DNA of 64,000 nucleotides from Takakia lepidozioides (lineage: Eukaryota; Plantae; Bryophyta): contig CM060731.1 in the NCBI GenBank assembly GCA_030704615.1, positions 1 through 64,000 of the forward strand. The letters are read 5' to 3'. The position numbers and the translations under genes were made by a program. A model generated the notes under the pieces. The model was not told where the DNA came from. It ran no database searches and worked only from the letters and a program-made list of their open reading frames with translations. How positions within the stretch are numbered: position 1 is the stretch's first letter; every line of letters begins with the position of its first letter. Positions 12,944-25,300 of this stretch are shown in pieces.

Positions 12944-13067
12944 CTAAATTTTAAGAATGAACCGAGAGTGGGAGGTCAATCAGTTCCTTATGTGTACGTG
13001 GGATGTTTCTCGTCTCTTTTCTATTGTGCTTTCATTTATTTAAGTGTCTTTATCACTCCTTCACAGA

Positions 13068-13780
13068 TCCGACAGACTGGATCTCCACCTGCGAGAGGGC
13101 CCCACTTGATCATTTTTGACATGAATGGAGTGCTGTGCAAAATTGTGAAGCACCAGAATACAGGCCCTGCTCCACGATTTTCAGATCCTGATTACAAAAT
13201 TCCTGCTATTGTTGGGTATCGGCAAATCTATTGACAGGAGATGTACCGAGAAGTTTGGCAAGAGTTACACAAGCATTTCATTTTAAGTATCTGGAGCTTC
13301 ATGATGCTTAAGAACTTAAATGTCGTTCTGGATTTGCTCCTACGTAGTCTTCCACGGCCAAAGTTCATCATGTCGCAGGAAGATTGTATCATTTGCCCAA
13401 GCAATCTGCACCCAAATTACCGACCGGGACAAGAACAACCTCCCATGTTCCTGAAACCACTCATAAAAGTTTGGCAGAGTTATGACGGTTATTACAATCA
13501 GAGTAACACTCTGCTGATTGATGATACGGCTTTGAAGTGCTTGCTGAACCCTCCTGAATCATGTCTTCTTCTCAAGTCTTTTGAGAACATCGATGATTTC
13601 TTCCATCGCAAACTGAGGGATTTTTTGCTTGGCTTCTTGAAATTTGAGAACGTTTCGAGCTTTTTGAAAGCAAGGAGGATAGGATTTCCACCCTTCAAAG
13701 TTAAGGATCCACAATTCAGGCCTCTTCTTGACTATATTGATAATTCACAATATCATGATTTCCGAGTAAATGATAAGTAA
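13068..13780 (+). pseudogene. FCP1/NIF (CTD small phosphatase-like) HAD domain
   Basis: LIIFDMNGVL, LSIWS, FLKPL, NTLLIDD, KCLLNP. Preceded by acceptor ttcacag. One in-frame TGA at 13232. Confidence 0.85.
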
Positions 13781-15212
13781 ATATTCGTGACCTACTATGG
13801 ACTCAATTTACTATTTAATATTGAATGTCAAGACCTTGGATTTCGGTCTTCTTCTGACATTCTTCTGCATTTCGTGGAAATTGTTATCTTGCCACTCGAT
13901 AAGCAACAGTCTGTAATCAAAAGTTTCGATGTTTGTCGTTTTCTTTTTGGGAACCTCGCATAGTCATGTGATGTTCCAAATCAATATCATGACATTGTTG
14001 ATATATATTTTACTTGCAGGTATCCCCACATCCATATGTTCTCCACGCCACAAATGCAGCTCCACTCGCCAAAACATGTTCGTCTGATATTGTTGACGAT
14101 TTAGACATGATCAGACCAGAAGCTTTCAAAGGAGCCAGGACAATTTGTTGTCTACTCAGGCATCAATTGCTCTCATCGAGCGAGATCCCTTGAGTGTCTC
14201 CAATATTGTTTCGAGGCTCAATATGTCAAATAGTGCCTCCACCGTTAGCAGGGTCGATGATTTCACTGGGGTTGGATGCATAGAGGAAAGGGACTCACAT
14301 GTTCTTGAGGAATCATCTTTGGAGCCCTCCTCTTCCAATCAGTTTTCCGCAAACACCAACATGGGGCCTCTACTTGTCTCTTCTGAACTACAGGTTCCAT
14401 TCGATGCTACGGTCACTGAATTACCTCCTCATCATGTCGTAATTCCAAGCGAGTCACCGAATCACGAGGGCTGGACACCCCAGCTGCTGAGAAGTCAGGT
14501 GATTTAATTCTATTTCCTCATTGCATTTTATTGTTATCGTGTATCTGCTCATCCTCTGATTTTCTTTCTTTACTCCAGGCCAGAAAAGCTGCAACGTATG
14601 ACCTTCATGTGAAGCGTGGCAACTTCTGTGGGGTTGTATTCCAAGGTAATCTTTTTTTTCCGTTTGAATTCGATTCAGGATGTGCAGAAATCAAGGAACC
14701 GCATTCCATTGTCAACCGTCAGAGAGAACGTTATTGCACGAGTTCACTCTTTCACCGACTGAGGTCAGCGCACCGACAAGACCGACAAATATATTTGCAC
14801 ATCCCCAACGGGTTTGTACTTTGCATGAGCGGTGAGCATGAGCATGAGCACATATAAGCATGAGCAGAGCAATTTTAGGGAATATTCCTGGAATTTAGCC
14901 CTTCCCGACCTAATTTTTGACTGTTTTTCATGTCAAAAAGTGCGAGGCGCTGCATCATAATGTGACCTAGAAGTTTGCCCTCGGTTCGGAAAAAGCAGGT
15001 TCGGCAACTAGTCAGCAACGATTACAGACATAGGAGGATAACAAGGCCGCGGGAATAGGGCCGCGGGAATATGACCGTTTTTAATTAAAAATATATATAT
15101 TTTGAACACAAGTAAGATCTGAAAGACAACGATTCCTGGTGTTTTGGGCCGGCTAGGTTTTGTCATTCACGGCCCCGATTATGCGCTGGCTGGTTAAGGG
15201 AAGTCTCCAACG

Positions 15213-15720
15213 ATTACAGGCACAATGTTGACAGCTCAAAATCAAGTTTGTTGTTAGTCATTTTGTCTATTGAGCTAAGATGGACGTTGCCAATGTGGAT
15301 GCAGGCGGCAGCAGCCGTGCTATGGAGGGCGACGGGGAGGACAGGCCTGCTGCCAATGTGGATGCAAGCAGCAGCAGCCGTGTTGTGGAGGGCGACGGGG
15401 AGGACATGCCTGCTTCCGAATCGTGGTGGATTCCTTATCTCAACGATATCGCCGAATGTGTTGCCAGGCACAGTGTTGACAGCTCAAAATCAAGTTTGTT
15501 GTTAGTCATTTTGTCTATTTAGCTAAGATGGATGCTGCCAATGTGGATGTAGGCGGCAGCAGCCGTGCTATGGAGGGCGACGGGGAGGACAGGCCTGCTG
15601 CCCAATGTGGATGCAAGCAGCAGCAGCCAGCTGTGGAGGGCGACGGGGAGGACATGCCTGCTTCCGAATCGTGGTGGACTCCTTATCTCGACGATATCGC
15701 CGAGTGCGTTGCCAGGCATG
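15213..15720. repeat. Tandem duplication of ~250 bp with internal ~60-bp repeats
   Basis: caggcaca(a/g)tgttgacagctcaaaatcaagtttg at ~15217 and ~15465. Encodes repeated MEGDGED motifs. Confidence 0.9.
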
Positions 15721-16109
15721 AATATGAGGCCTTGTTGCTTATGCAGTCGCAAAATGAGAACGCTCCAGCTGAAAAGGAATGCAGCACTGATTTAGAGGAG
15801 TCAGACGCTGATGAAAACGTGGGGATGGAGGATGAGGAAGGAGGTGACGATGAGAAGATGGAGGTTAATGAGGAGGAGGATTTGCACTGGATTGGTATTT
15901 CCATGGACATCGTTGAAGAGTCGGCTCCGGAGTCTGTTGTGCCGGCGGAAACAAGGGCATTGGAACCATGCACAATTTGCCTGGAGACACCAGTAGTTGG
16001 AGAGTCCGTATGCATACTGAGTGAGTGCTTCCATTCATTCCACACTCCATACTTTGACACATGGGTGCAGCTCAACGGGTCATGCCCTCTCTGCCGACGT
16101 CGGATCTGA
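15528..16109 (+). CDS. Acidic protein with C-terminal RING-H2 finger (one ligand degenerate)
   Basis: CTIC...ECFHSFHTPY...W...SCPLCR. The sixth ligand is C>Y, so the finger may be non-functional. Confidence 0.7.
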   Translation: MDAANVDVGGSSRAMEGDGEDRPAAQCGCKQQQPAVEGDGEDMPASESWWTPYLDDIAECVARHEYEALLLMQSQNENAPAEKECSTDLEESDADENVGMEDEEGGDDEKMEVNEEEDLHWIGISMDIVEESAPESVVPAETRALEPCTICLETPVVGESVCILSECFHSFHTPYFDTWVQLNGSCPLCRRRI

Positions 16110-16360
16110 GACCATATAGATAGGCCAGACAAAGAAGCTCAGTGTCCATGATGACGTAGATCAGTGGCCTATGGAGGCAATGTATTTGACTAACACAAAT
16201 AAAAATCATACCTAGTTCTATTATGAGTTGTGGACCAGCGGACTGCTTGAGGATACTACCAGAAATGCAAGTTTGTCGCTGCAATTCTAGACTCAGAACC
16301 AACTACATAGCTGATAGTGGACACATTATTAATCTTAGACTTATTGAAATAAGCAAATTA

Positions 16361-17352
16361 TAAGTCGGTGCTGACCAGTGTTGGTCTGGTATGGGTATCA
16401 GACCCGAGTATTAACGCTGGTATCAACCCTGGTATCAGGGACCACACCAGCCTGGTCTTAAGTTCTACAATACCAGGTCATATACCAGACCAGGCTAGTA
16501 TCCGTTTTCTCATACCAGCTACAATACTGGAGTACCCCCGGTCGTCTTCCTCATTTATTCTGGTATGTGTACTATACTAGTTTATGTGTACATACATGTA
16601 CTTATTTATATTTATTTTATGTTTATTATATTTGTTTTCACTTGATATTTGATAAACATGTAAGTCAAATGGCTTTGGAATGATACCAGAATTGATATCT
16701 CATACCAGTTGGTATTGTGGTCATGATACTCATACTCATACCAATATCTGGAAAAAATACATCCACCATTATATAGAGCAGACTGGTATAAAAGTTTTGT
16801 GACGGGGCTGGTAGCAGGACCAGTCTGGTATGTCCTAAACCTCATACCAGACCAACAATGTGCCGACTTATCTCCGATTATGAACACAAAAAATCAGTTT
16901 GGGTTTAAGTTCATCAGAAGCAAAAACAAAATATTAAACTAAATAAATTAGAAGTCTGTGCCGACTTATATTCGACTAGGACTATACAAATCAGTTTGGG
17001 TTAAAGTTTATCAAAGGGAGGGAAAGAAAGAAAGAAAGAAAGAGAAAAACCTATAAGTCGGCACCGACTTATCTTCGACTATGAAAAGAAAAAATCACTA
17101 TGGGTTTAAAGTCGGCACCGACTTTAACGATGGGAGAAAAAAAACAAAAAAAAAACAAAAAAACTACTTATCTTCGACTATGAACACAAAAAATCAGCGT
17201 GGGTTTAAAGTCGGCACCGACTTTAATGATGGAAGAAAAAAAAACCGAAAAAAAACAAACAAACCATAAATCGCGCTGACTTATTCAAGTTTGAACACAA
17301 AAAATCATTTTTTTCTTTAAAATAAAAAGAAAAACCTATAAGTCGGCGCCGA
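16361..17352 (+). repeat. Array of AAGTCGG(C/T)(G/A)CCGACTT palindromes with A-rich linkers, forward orientation
   Basis: Unit aagtcggcaccgacttatcttcgactatgaacacaaaaaatca..gggtttaaagtcggcaccgactttaacgatggga is repeated and interrupted by the MITE. Confidence 0.9.
16376..16860. mobile_element. hAT-like MITE
   Basis: 18-bp TIR cagtgttggtctggtatg / cataccagaccaacaatg (1 mismatch). Flanks (g)tgctgac and (g)tgccgac resemble a 7-8 bp TSD. Many internal ggtat/atacc motifs. Confidence 0.8.
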
Positions 17353-17450
17353 CTAAATCAAGATTCCAGAGCAAATACTATATTTCATCCAAATAATGTT
17401 GTTTTTATCTTTGCTCATGAATATTTTTGCTCATGCTCATGGGTATAAAC

Positions 17451-17812
17451 TTCCCATCGTTAAAGTCGGTGCCGACTTTAAACCCAAGCAGGTTTTTTGT
17501 GTTCATAATCGAGGATAAGTCGGCGCCGACTACCAGTTTTTTACTTTTTACTTTTGTCTTTGCTCCTTTGGTTAAAAGTTGGTGCCGACTTTAGACCCAA
17601 GCTGATTTTTCCAGTTCATAATCGAGGATAAGTCGGCGCCGACCAATAGTTTTTTTTTTTTTTTTTTTTTTTTTTGTTTTGTTTTGTTTTGTTTTTGGCT
17701 ACCGTGGTTAAAGTCGGTGCCGACTTTAAACCCAAACTGATTTTTCGTGTTCATAGTAGAAGATAAGTCGGTGCCGACTAATAGTTTTTTTTGTTTTTTT
17801 TCCCTCCCATCA
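17451..17812 (-). repeat. Same palindrome array, inverted orientation
   Basis: Reverse complement of the unit above, about three units. Confidence 0.9.
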
Positions 17813-18637
17813 TTAGTATGGGATCGAACTTTGATAAAGTGGATAGTGTGGTCAATGGAGATAACAAGGTTGACACTAGCGGTTCCTTTTCTTGAAATAT
17901 TATGAAGTACTTTTGAATGCCTCCACAATTCGTTTCGGACCACGTGACAGCATCTTCGGTGTGTATTGAGTATACAATAAACTCCTCCAGCCTCCAGTCT
18001 CATCTGTTTCAGCCTCCACTGATAATGGAGTCATCTTGTATTGATAACACTGTTGTTCCATGCCAGCTCCACAAGAGAGATATCAGAGAACCACGCGATC
18101 GCACGTGGTTCATCTCAAACTTCGTTGACGAACATTCAGGCCCACAAGAGCTTGCAGAACATTGATTGTGTTACATAAAGAATGTGATTAATGAATAGGC
18201 CAATAGTTTAATTAATCAATAATACAAAGTTGCTTCCCAAACGGCTCACACTCAAGGCATATGTGCGAGAGCGCCGTCGGTTACCACTGATGGCGGAACT
18301 ATGCGCACCCGAGGAAATGGATACAGTCGGAGATTGATTGAACATATGACCAGAAATGTCATTGGTAGCTATACTTGATGACCTTGATGACTGTAAAGCC
18401 TCGCGGTCCCTCCGCTCCGCCTTTCGTTGTCGTTCTTTCTTCTCCTGTCGAATTTGATTCTGAACTTGACACTGGAATATTACTGTGCGGAAGCAGCACA
18501 GCAGGGAATAGTTAAAGAAAATCCAAAGAACATCATTGATTTCACAAAAGTCATGTGAAGTCAACATACGTCAAAGTATAAATGGAGGTTCAAGTAACAA
18601 TGATGGCCGACTAGGCACAAAATACGGTAATGTTAAA

Positions 18638-19369
18638 CTACATACCGAGATAATCGGGTTCTTTTTGCGGTGGATGCCAAACAAAAGGATCAATAAATCT
18701 TCCAAACCAAGACCAATAGACGTGATTTTGATCTATCGGTGGGCGGGAAGATTTGTAGGAGTTGTTGCTGACATAATCAACAATGGACGGGGCTCCAATC
18801 ATGCCCGAGAGAAAAGGCCACAATGCTTTAGTGAGGTCAACCAAATCCTCATCATTGCTTGATTCCTTGAATGTGATTGGGAAGACTCCAGTATTCACTG
18901 GGTTTCAGAGTGCCTTGGATGGGTCATCATCGACCAGGAGAATTTGCCCCTGCCTAGCAAAATCTTTTCCAAAATTTTTGACGAGAATACTCTTAATATC
19001 TTTAATAAGATATTTCACTCCAGGCTTAATATGTCCAGCTGTATCTGTGCAATGCTCGGCAAACCAAATGAAGCGAAATTTTTTCATAATTTCCGGGGGA
19101 ACGAAACACTCCAACATCTTCAATACAGTATCCCTCACAGAGCAAGACCAAATTGCAATACGAAAATGAGTCAATGCAAGTCTAAGAAACTCCAACACTC
19201 CAGGTCTTGGAACCACAAATGGTCTTGTGGGCACATGAATTGTAACTTTCCCCAAGTGGAACCTATGTTTAAACAACTCCCCTCCCGTAGGAGGTGGCCG
19301 GTAGCAAAGAAGTCCATTGACACTCAGGACCAGCAACATGCGTTTCTGCTTTTGGACAAATTTGCTCAT
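18638..19369 (-). pseudogene. FCP1/NIF-like HAD domain lacking the catalytic Asp
   Basis: LLVLSVNGLL, RPGVLEFL, IAIWS, LIKDI, ILLVDDDPSKAL*NPVNTGVF. In-frame stop at 18905. Confidence 0.8.
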
Positions 19370-20764
19370 TCAAACCCTTGGTTCTCGTCTTCAAATCAAA
19401 CACAGACTGTCTGCACACTATCTGCCCTCTTTGATCCATGGCCAGGAGTTTGTTTCTAAAGGGCAGGACAAACCCATCAGAAAACTTCCGAAGCCTCATG
19501 TCCAATGGACATGGTTCAGAGCACAAGCTCACCCCCACAGCTCAGTTCTATAGAGAGAATCTTGGACATCTGCTAACTACAATGCTACTTTCTAGCATAT
19601 TCTCCACATCTCCAGAACTTCAGAACTTCAGAGTTGGCTCACACTCGGGTTGAGAGATAACGTTATGAACCATCCAAAAGAGTGCATTAGTTTCTGTTAT
19701 GTGACCCAAAATAAAATTATTTTTTGTAGACAATATATCCTCTAACTCGGAATTGCTAGGACGCACTTGCGTTTTGTGGTCTACCTCGCGTCTATATCCC
19801 TGAAATCAATATGTAATATTTTCAAAAGGATGTTCGAAGGCTTCTCAATGGTTGCTAACTTTTGTACTCCAACCATCTACAAAAACCCGTTTGGAAGCAC
19901 ACTCCAAACCAGAATCTTGCTTTCACCAAGCTGCCTTGTATACCCTTCTTTTGTGAAACCAACATTCGTGGTGATGATGATGCGCAACTAGAGGCTTTCA
20001 CACCGGGCAGAAGCACCCTTCTCAACGTGCAATTTGGACGAGGTAGATTATATTAGCCCCCGCGAGAACATATTTAGAGGGAAAAAATGATTCAAAGTTC
20101 CCTTCAGCCAAATAGCGTGCTCACTCCTTCATGAAACCATGACATTACACCAAGCAGGTCAGCGATGCATTTGAAGAGTTGCGTATGTGCCTTGTCTACA
20201 TAACCATTTTGAAAAACAAAATGATCTGATATATCATGAGATATAAAAAATTGATGGTACTGTAAATGAGAGTAATCACAGGAAGTTAAATGAAAGACTT
20301 TTTAGCTTGGTTTGCTAGAGTACCACGAAGAAGGATATGCCTACGTGGAGGGTGCAGAGTACATATTAAGTAGCAAATAACTACGACTCATGCAACTCCG
20401 TGTCATTTCGATCAGCTTCAGGTCATTGTCTTTGTGAGCTTTGTTTGTAGAATGTGAAGGGGTTTGCAGGATAGTTCAGCATAGGGAAACATATATGGTC
20501 TCAATGGAATTCAACTACCAAGTACATAATGTCCGAAGAAGACTACTTGGCAATCCATGCATAGACCCACCCTCGGTGGGTAGTTGGCACCGACTTCATA
20601 TTTAACAATCATTTATGCGTTCTGTCGCGACGACAAACTTAAAAACTACAAGTGCCCAAGAGAATTGCAATTATTTCATGGAAACATATTGGTTCTTTGA
20701 ACTCATACATGTTCATTAGAGAGGTAAATAGTTTTAAGAAAATAGTAATAATAATAATGAATCT

Positions 20765-21143
20765 ATTAGTCGGCGTCGACTTATCTTCAACTATAAACAC
20801 AAAAAATCAATTTGGGTTTAAGTTCATCAGAGAATGGGAAATAAAAAAGAAAAAGAAAATAAAAAAACTAATAGTCGGCGCCGACTTATCTTCAACTATG
20901 AACACAAAATAACAGTTTGGATTTAAAGTCGGCACCGACTTTAACGATGGGAGGGAAAAAAAACAAAAAAAACTATTAGTCGGTGCCGACTTATCTTCCA
21001 CTATGAACACAAAATAACAGTTTGGATTTAAAGTCGGCACCGACTTTAACGATGGGAGGGAAAAAAAAACAAAAAAAACAATTAGTCGGTGCCGACTTAT
21101 CTTCCACTATGAACACAAAATAACAGTTTGGATTTAAAGTCGA
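20765..21143 (+). repeat. AAGTCGG..CCGACTT palindrome array, forward; inverted partner of 17451-17812
   Basis: About three ~105-bp units with two palindromes each. Confidence 0.9.
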
Positions 21144-21875
21144 CATTGATGGTATCAGCGGCAACGATAGGGCTAACCTACTTGCCCAGTCTGGGGCGGC
21201 CAAACCCCCACTGGACCCCACAGACGACCCTATTCACATTGCCCATACTCACCCATTTTGGCTTATATATCCTGTTCCAGAACCCCCAATAACCAAACCC
21301 ATACGTAACCTGAAAACCACGATCACCCAAGAAACTAACAAACAAGCCTCAACATCCATCAGTCACACCAAGGTCCATATCCAAAAATGGACCCGATCCA
21401 TCGTGCTTCACCATAAACTTTCTAACTACTTCTGGCACACCAAGGCCGCCTCTGACGCACAGATTCGACAAACACTCAAATTCCGCTATGCTCAATACAT
21501 GGGCCACCAACACAAACACAATTTCTGGCCTCGTCTATTCCCATCGCCCAACTGCCCATTATGCACCCATACACATCAAGTAAGCGACACCTGGCCTCAC
21601 CTTCTCAGTCAATGTACTCACCCTATTATGCATGGTCTACGTATGGCTCGCCATAACCACGCAGTTTGGCACATTCACAAACTGCTCATGAAACACTATG
21701 AAACTAGATGGTTCTCGCTCATCAATGCTGGCACCTACCAAGGTACACCTCCCGATCATATTGTCCCCCACTGGCTCCTACCATGTACCTGCCCCTCCCG
21801 GCTCTTCCCTGACATCTTACTCGTCCAAGGCTTACCCATCAATGCCTCCCCACCCACCTCTCCATCCACGGATCT
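21144..21875 (+). mobile_element. LINE fragment: end of RNase H, Zn knuckle, start of restriction-like endonuclease
   Basis: GISGNDRANLLA; CPLC...DTWPHLLSQC; RHNHAV; PDILLV. Same family as 52750-53858. Confidence 0.8.
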
Positions 21876-22379
21876 TTTTTTTTTTCTTCATCGCTAAATC
21901 GTCGTTGAGGGAGGGTGGAGCTCCGCCCCTCCCGCCTAGTTTTCGCTATCTTTAGTTATGACTAATCATTTAGGGTTCCACCTATTTTTCCTCTTTGTCA
22001 CAAGTTATTACCTCTAATTTTCAGTGCTTTCGCTGTTTTAGCCTTATCTAAGTTTAGCTAGGATCGCCGCCATGGCCCGACTCTCTGCTCGCTGCACTAT
22101 TGCGCAATGCTTCATCTTCCCCGAAGTGTGTTACCCTCTCTACACCTATTGCCTCATGATTGCGGTCCTTTCAAGCTGCGTCATGTCCGATTCAGTGATG
22201 TTTTACACCCACGAGCTCAAGATCAGCGCTCAGCCACCTCGTCAAACAGACTCAACTCACAACACAAGGAGAAGTATTATCGAGCCCCACCACTGCCTCT
22301 CTGCTCCACATGTGAACCATTTGTCACTATCTACGCTGTGTTATTATTATGGTGACTTCACTCTTGTTTTCCACGAACT

Positions 22380-25300
22380 GTGGCTTGTCACTTCACCCCC
22401 CACTCAACATGCGCCATGGTGTTTTGGGGTGCAACAAGCAAAACCAGACCGCCGTTTCCTTTATATGATGGGAAATTTGACCCGGATATCCATCTTAATC
22501 AATTTGAGAACATGTGCACCATTTACAATGAAGCAACAGATCAAGAAAAGATCCGATTATTTCCTTGTTCAATGGCCAGAAAAGGCATTGAATGGTTGGC
22601 AACCTTTCCAGCCAATCACTTTCAAAATTGGGCGGATATGAGAGCCGCATTCCAAGAACGATATAGATCCAACAAATCCACGTTTGAAATCTTCACAGGA
22701 TTACAAAACTTGAGACAGAAAAAGAAAGAATTGGTAGTTGACTACCTGGAGAGAATGAAGACTCTGATCAGGAAGCTACCTCAAGCACCAAGTGACGACT
22801 TGCAGAAATCATGGTTCATCAATGGACTTCGTCCTGAATATGTAACCATGGTTACAGTCATGCCTAACAACACTTTGGCTGAAGCAGTAGGAACTGCAAA
22901 GAAATTGGAATTGGGATTTCATCAGAGCAGAAGTAAAGATTCCAAGGATCCCTTGGAAGAAGAAGACTCTGATGATGAAGAAAAACCCAAGCAAAAGAAG
23001 AAAGAAGTGATTGACAAAACCACTGTTGATTGTAAATATAATGGCTGGTATTATGATTGTTCATATGACAAATATCACAGTATTTGTCTTTCATGTGGCA
23101 TTCTGTTGCCAAGTGTCATGCAGTCCCGCATTTGTGACACCATGTTGCCTTTCGTGGCCCTTCATCTTTAAAATTCTTGATAGCCTCTACTATCTTCTGA
23201 TTCCACTTTCTTTGGATCCACCAGAATTCCCTGTTGGCACACTATGTGTCCCAACAGTAATCCTGAATTCACACAAAATGTACATTTTTCCGGATTGAGA
23301 CTTACTCCATTGTTTCTGCAGGCGTGTAGGCAAAGTTTTAACTATGCCAAGTGTTTGGATTTCTGTTCGAAGACACTGAAATCATCCAAAAATACCTGCA
23401 TAAAATCGTTGAGATAATTCTTGAATATCTCAGATACTGCTCGCTGAAACGTGGCTGGTGCGTTGCAAAGTCCAAATGGCATGACTTTGTAAGCATAGGC
23501 TCCCCATTCAGTGATGAATGCGGTCTTTTCTCGGTCTTCTTCTGCCATCTGCACCTGGTTGTACCCACTAAACCCATCCATGAATGAGTACATCTCATGT
23601 CCTGCCACTGTGTCCAACACTATTTCTGTGAAAGGTAGTGGAAAGGGGTCTTTCTTGGTTCCTGCGTTTAATTTGCGGTGGTCCACACATACTCATAATT
23701 TTCCATTCTTCTTGGGTACTAACACAATGGGTGATAACCATCGTGGTGTCTCTACTGGGTATATGAATCCTGCATCCAATAATTTCTTGATTTCTTCCCA
23801 AACTTTAGCTGCATAGTTGGGGTTCATTCTGTAACGGTTCTGACGAATTGGTTTTGTGTCAACTTCCAATTCAATTCGGTGCTGACAGATGTTGGAAGGT
23901 ATACCCTTCAAATCTTTGTAGTTCCAGGCAAATACATCCTTGTATTCAGTGAATAATGCAGTGGCTTCTTGTAGAAATGATTCTTCGAGACTGCACTTAC
24001 TCGTATTATCTGTGGTTCTTCCACTGTTCCCAGATTCACTTGAATCAATTGAGTTTCTTCCATTACTGTCCATCCTGCAATCTCCTGTCCAATGGTTGCA
24101 ATGGTGGCAGGTACTCCACTGATTTTAATGTCCTCTTCTCTTTCTTGATAAAAACGGGCAGGGTGTTGAGGTGTGTCCATAGCTTCTTCCTCAGGATCTT
24201 CCGTTCTCGGAGTATTCAGTTCTCCTTGGGGTATTCTACTGTTGTGGTATGTTTGACCACTAATTGCCCAATAGCTTCCAACTGTGGATGTGCTGCATAT
24301 ACTATGGCTTCTTTTTCATCCGACAGTCCACTGGACCAATCATACTCTTCCACTATGCAAGGTCGTTTATCTCGTGGAATGGTACCTCGTTGCTTCATAG
24401 TGATAGTGACTTGTTCTGATCCATTTTTGCTCGTGAGAGTCTGACTTCCACAATCGTGGTGTGATTGGGCTTGTGTTAACCATGGTCGGCCAAGTAGTAG
24501 CAAATATCCTTCTGCCACATCCTCCATTCTGAGAATGGTTACTGATACTTCGTATACCAGTCCTACTACTTCCATTGCAAGTTGTCTGATGATACCCAAT
24601 GGCTGCACTTTTCGTTGATCGGCCATTCGTACCATGAATGGAACAGGTTCCATGTGCCCCAATCCTAGTGACTTCTTCATCCTCTCTGTCATGATATTCA
24701 CTCCGGATCCTCCATCGATGAGTACATCCGTTACCAGTTTTCGTCCAATACGTACTTGTATTACTGGTATTGCTTCGTCGTAGTCTGGAGTTTGTTGTAT
24801 AGTTGTGGGTTTAATCGTGTAAACTTCTGGTGTTGGTTTTTGTTTTGGTGTGGGGGTCAATGCCTCAATTGCCCGAAATAAAGTTTTCTTGCAGTGTGGA
24901 GCAATTTTAATAATTGTCCAATGGTAATTTGGGTCTTGGTCTGGCAGATTACTTCAGCCAATTCTGTTTTCGTGGTTGCGTTCGTGGTCTTCATCGTTGG
25001 TCTGATTTGATCATCTGGAGTTGGCTCTCCAGAAGGTATATGGGTTCCTTCTTGCATTTGAGCTATGGCTCTGCTTACCTCCTGGTGTAAGCTATTTTCT
25101 TCCTGCCATGCTGAACTTTCTGGATATTGTTTTCGTTCTTCTTCAATCTCCTTATCTGGAGGTTTATGTTCCAGAAAATACCACCACCAGAAAATCCCAA
25201 GAAACTCAATAGATTTTTGGGACAGACAAGCTATTACAGACGGTACATGGCCAAATATGCTCACAGAGCGGTACCAATCTATAGACTGCTGAAGAAAGAT

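Larger units (their letters stand above)
14811..17450. mobile_element. Putative non-autonomous MULE derivative (Pack-MULE-like) with CATGAGC-type TIRs
   Basis: catgagcatgagcacatataagcatgagcagag (~14837-14869) is an imperfect inverted match to ctttgctcatgaatatttttgctcatgctcatg (~17410-17441). Outer ends are gtttgtac and gtataaac. Flanks ccccaacg and tcccatcg could be a degenerate TSD. Confidence 0.5.

Noticed and set aside
16361-21143. CRISPR-like appearance of regularly spaced palindromes (also 4410-5477)
   Set aside because: Linkers are repeated rather than unique spacers, there are no cas genes, and the context is eukaryotic.
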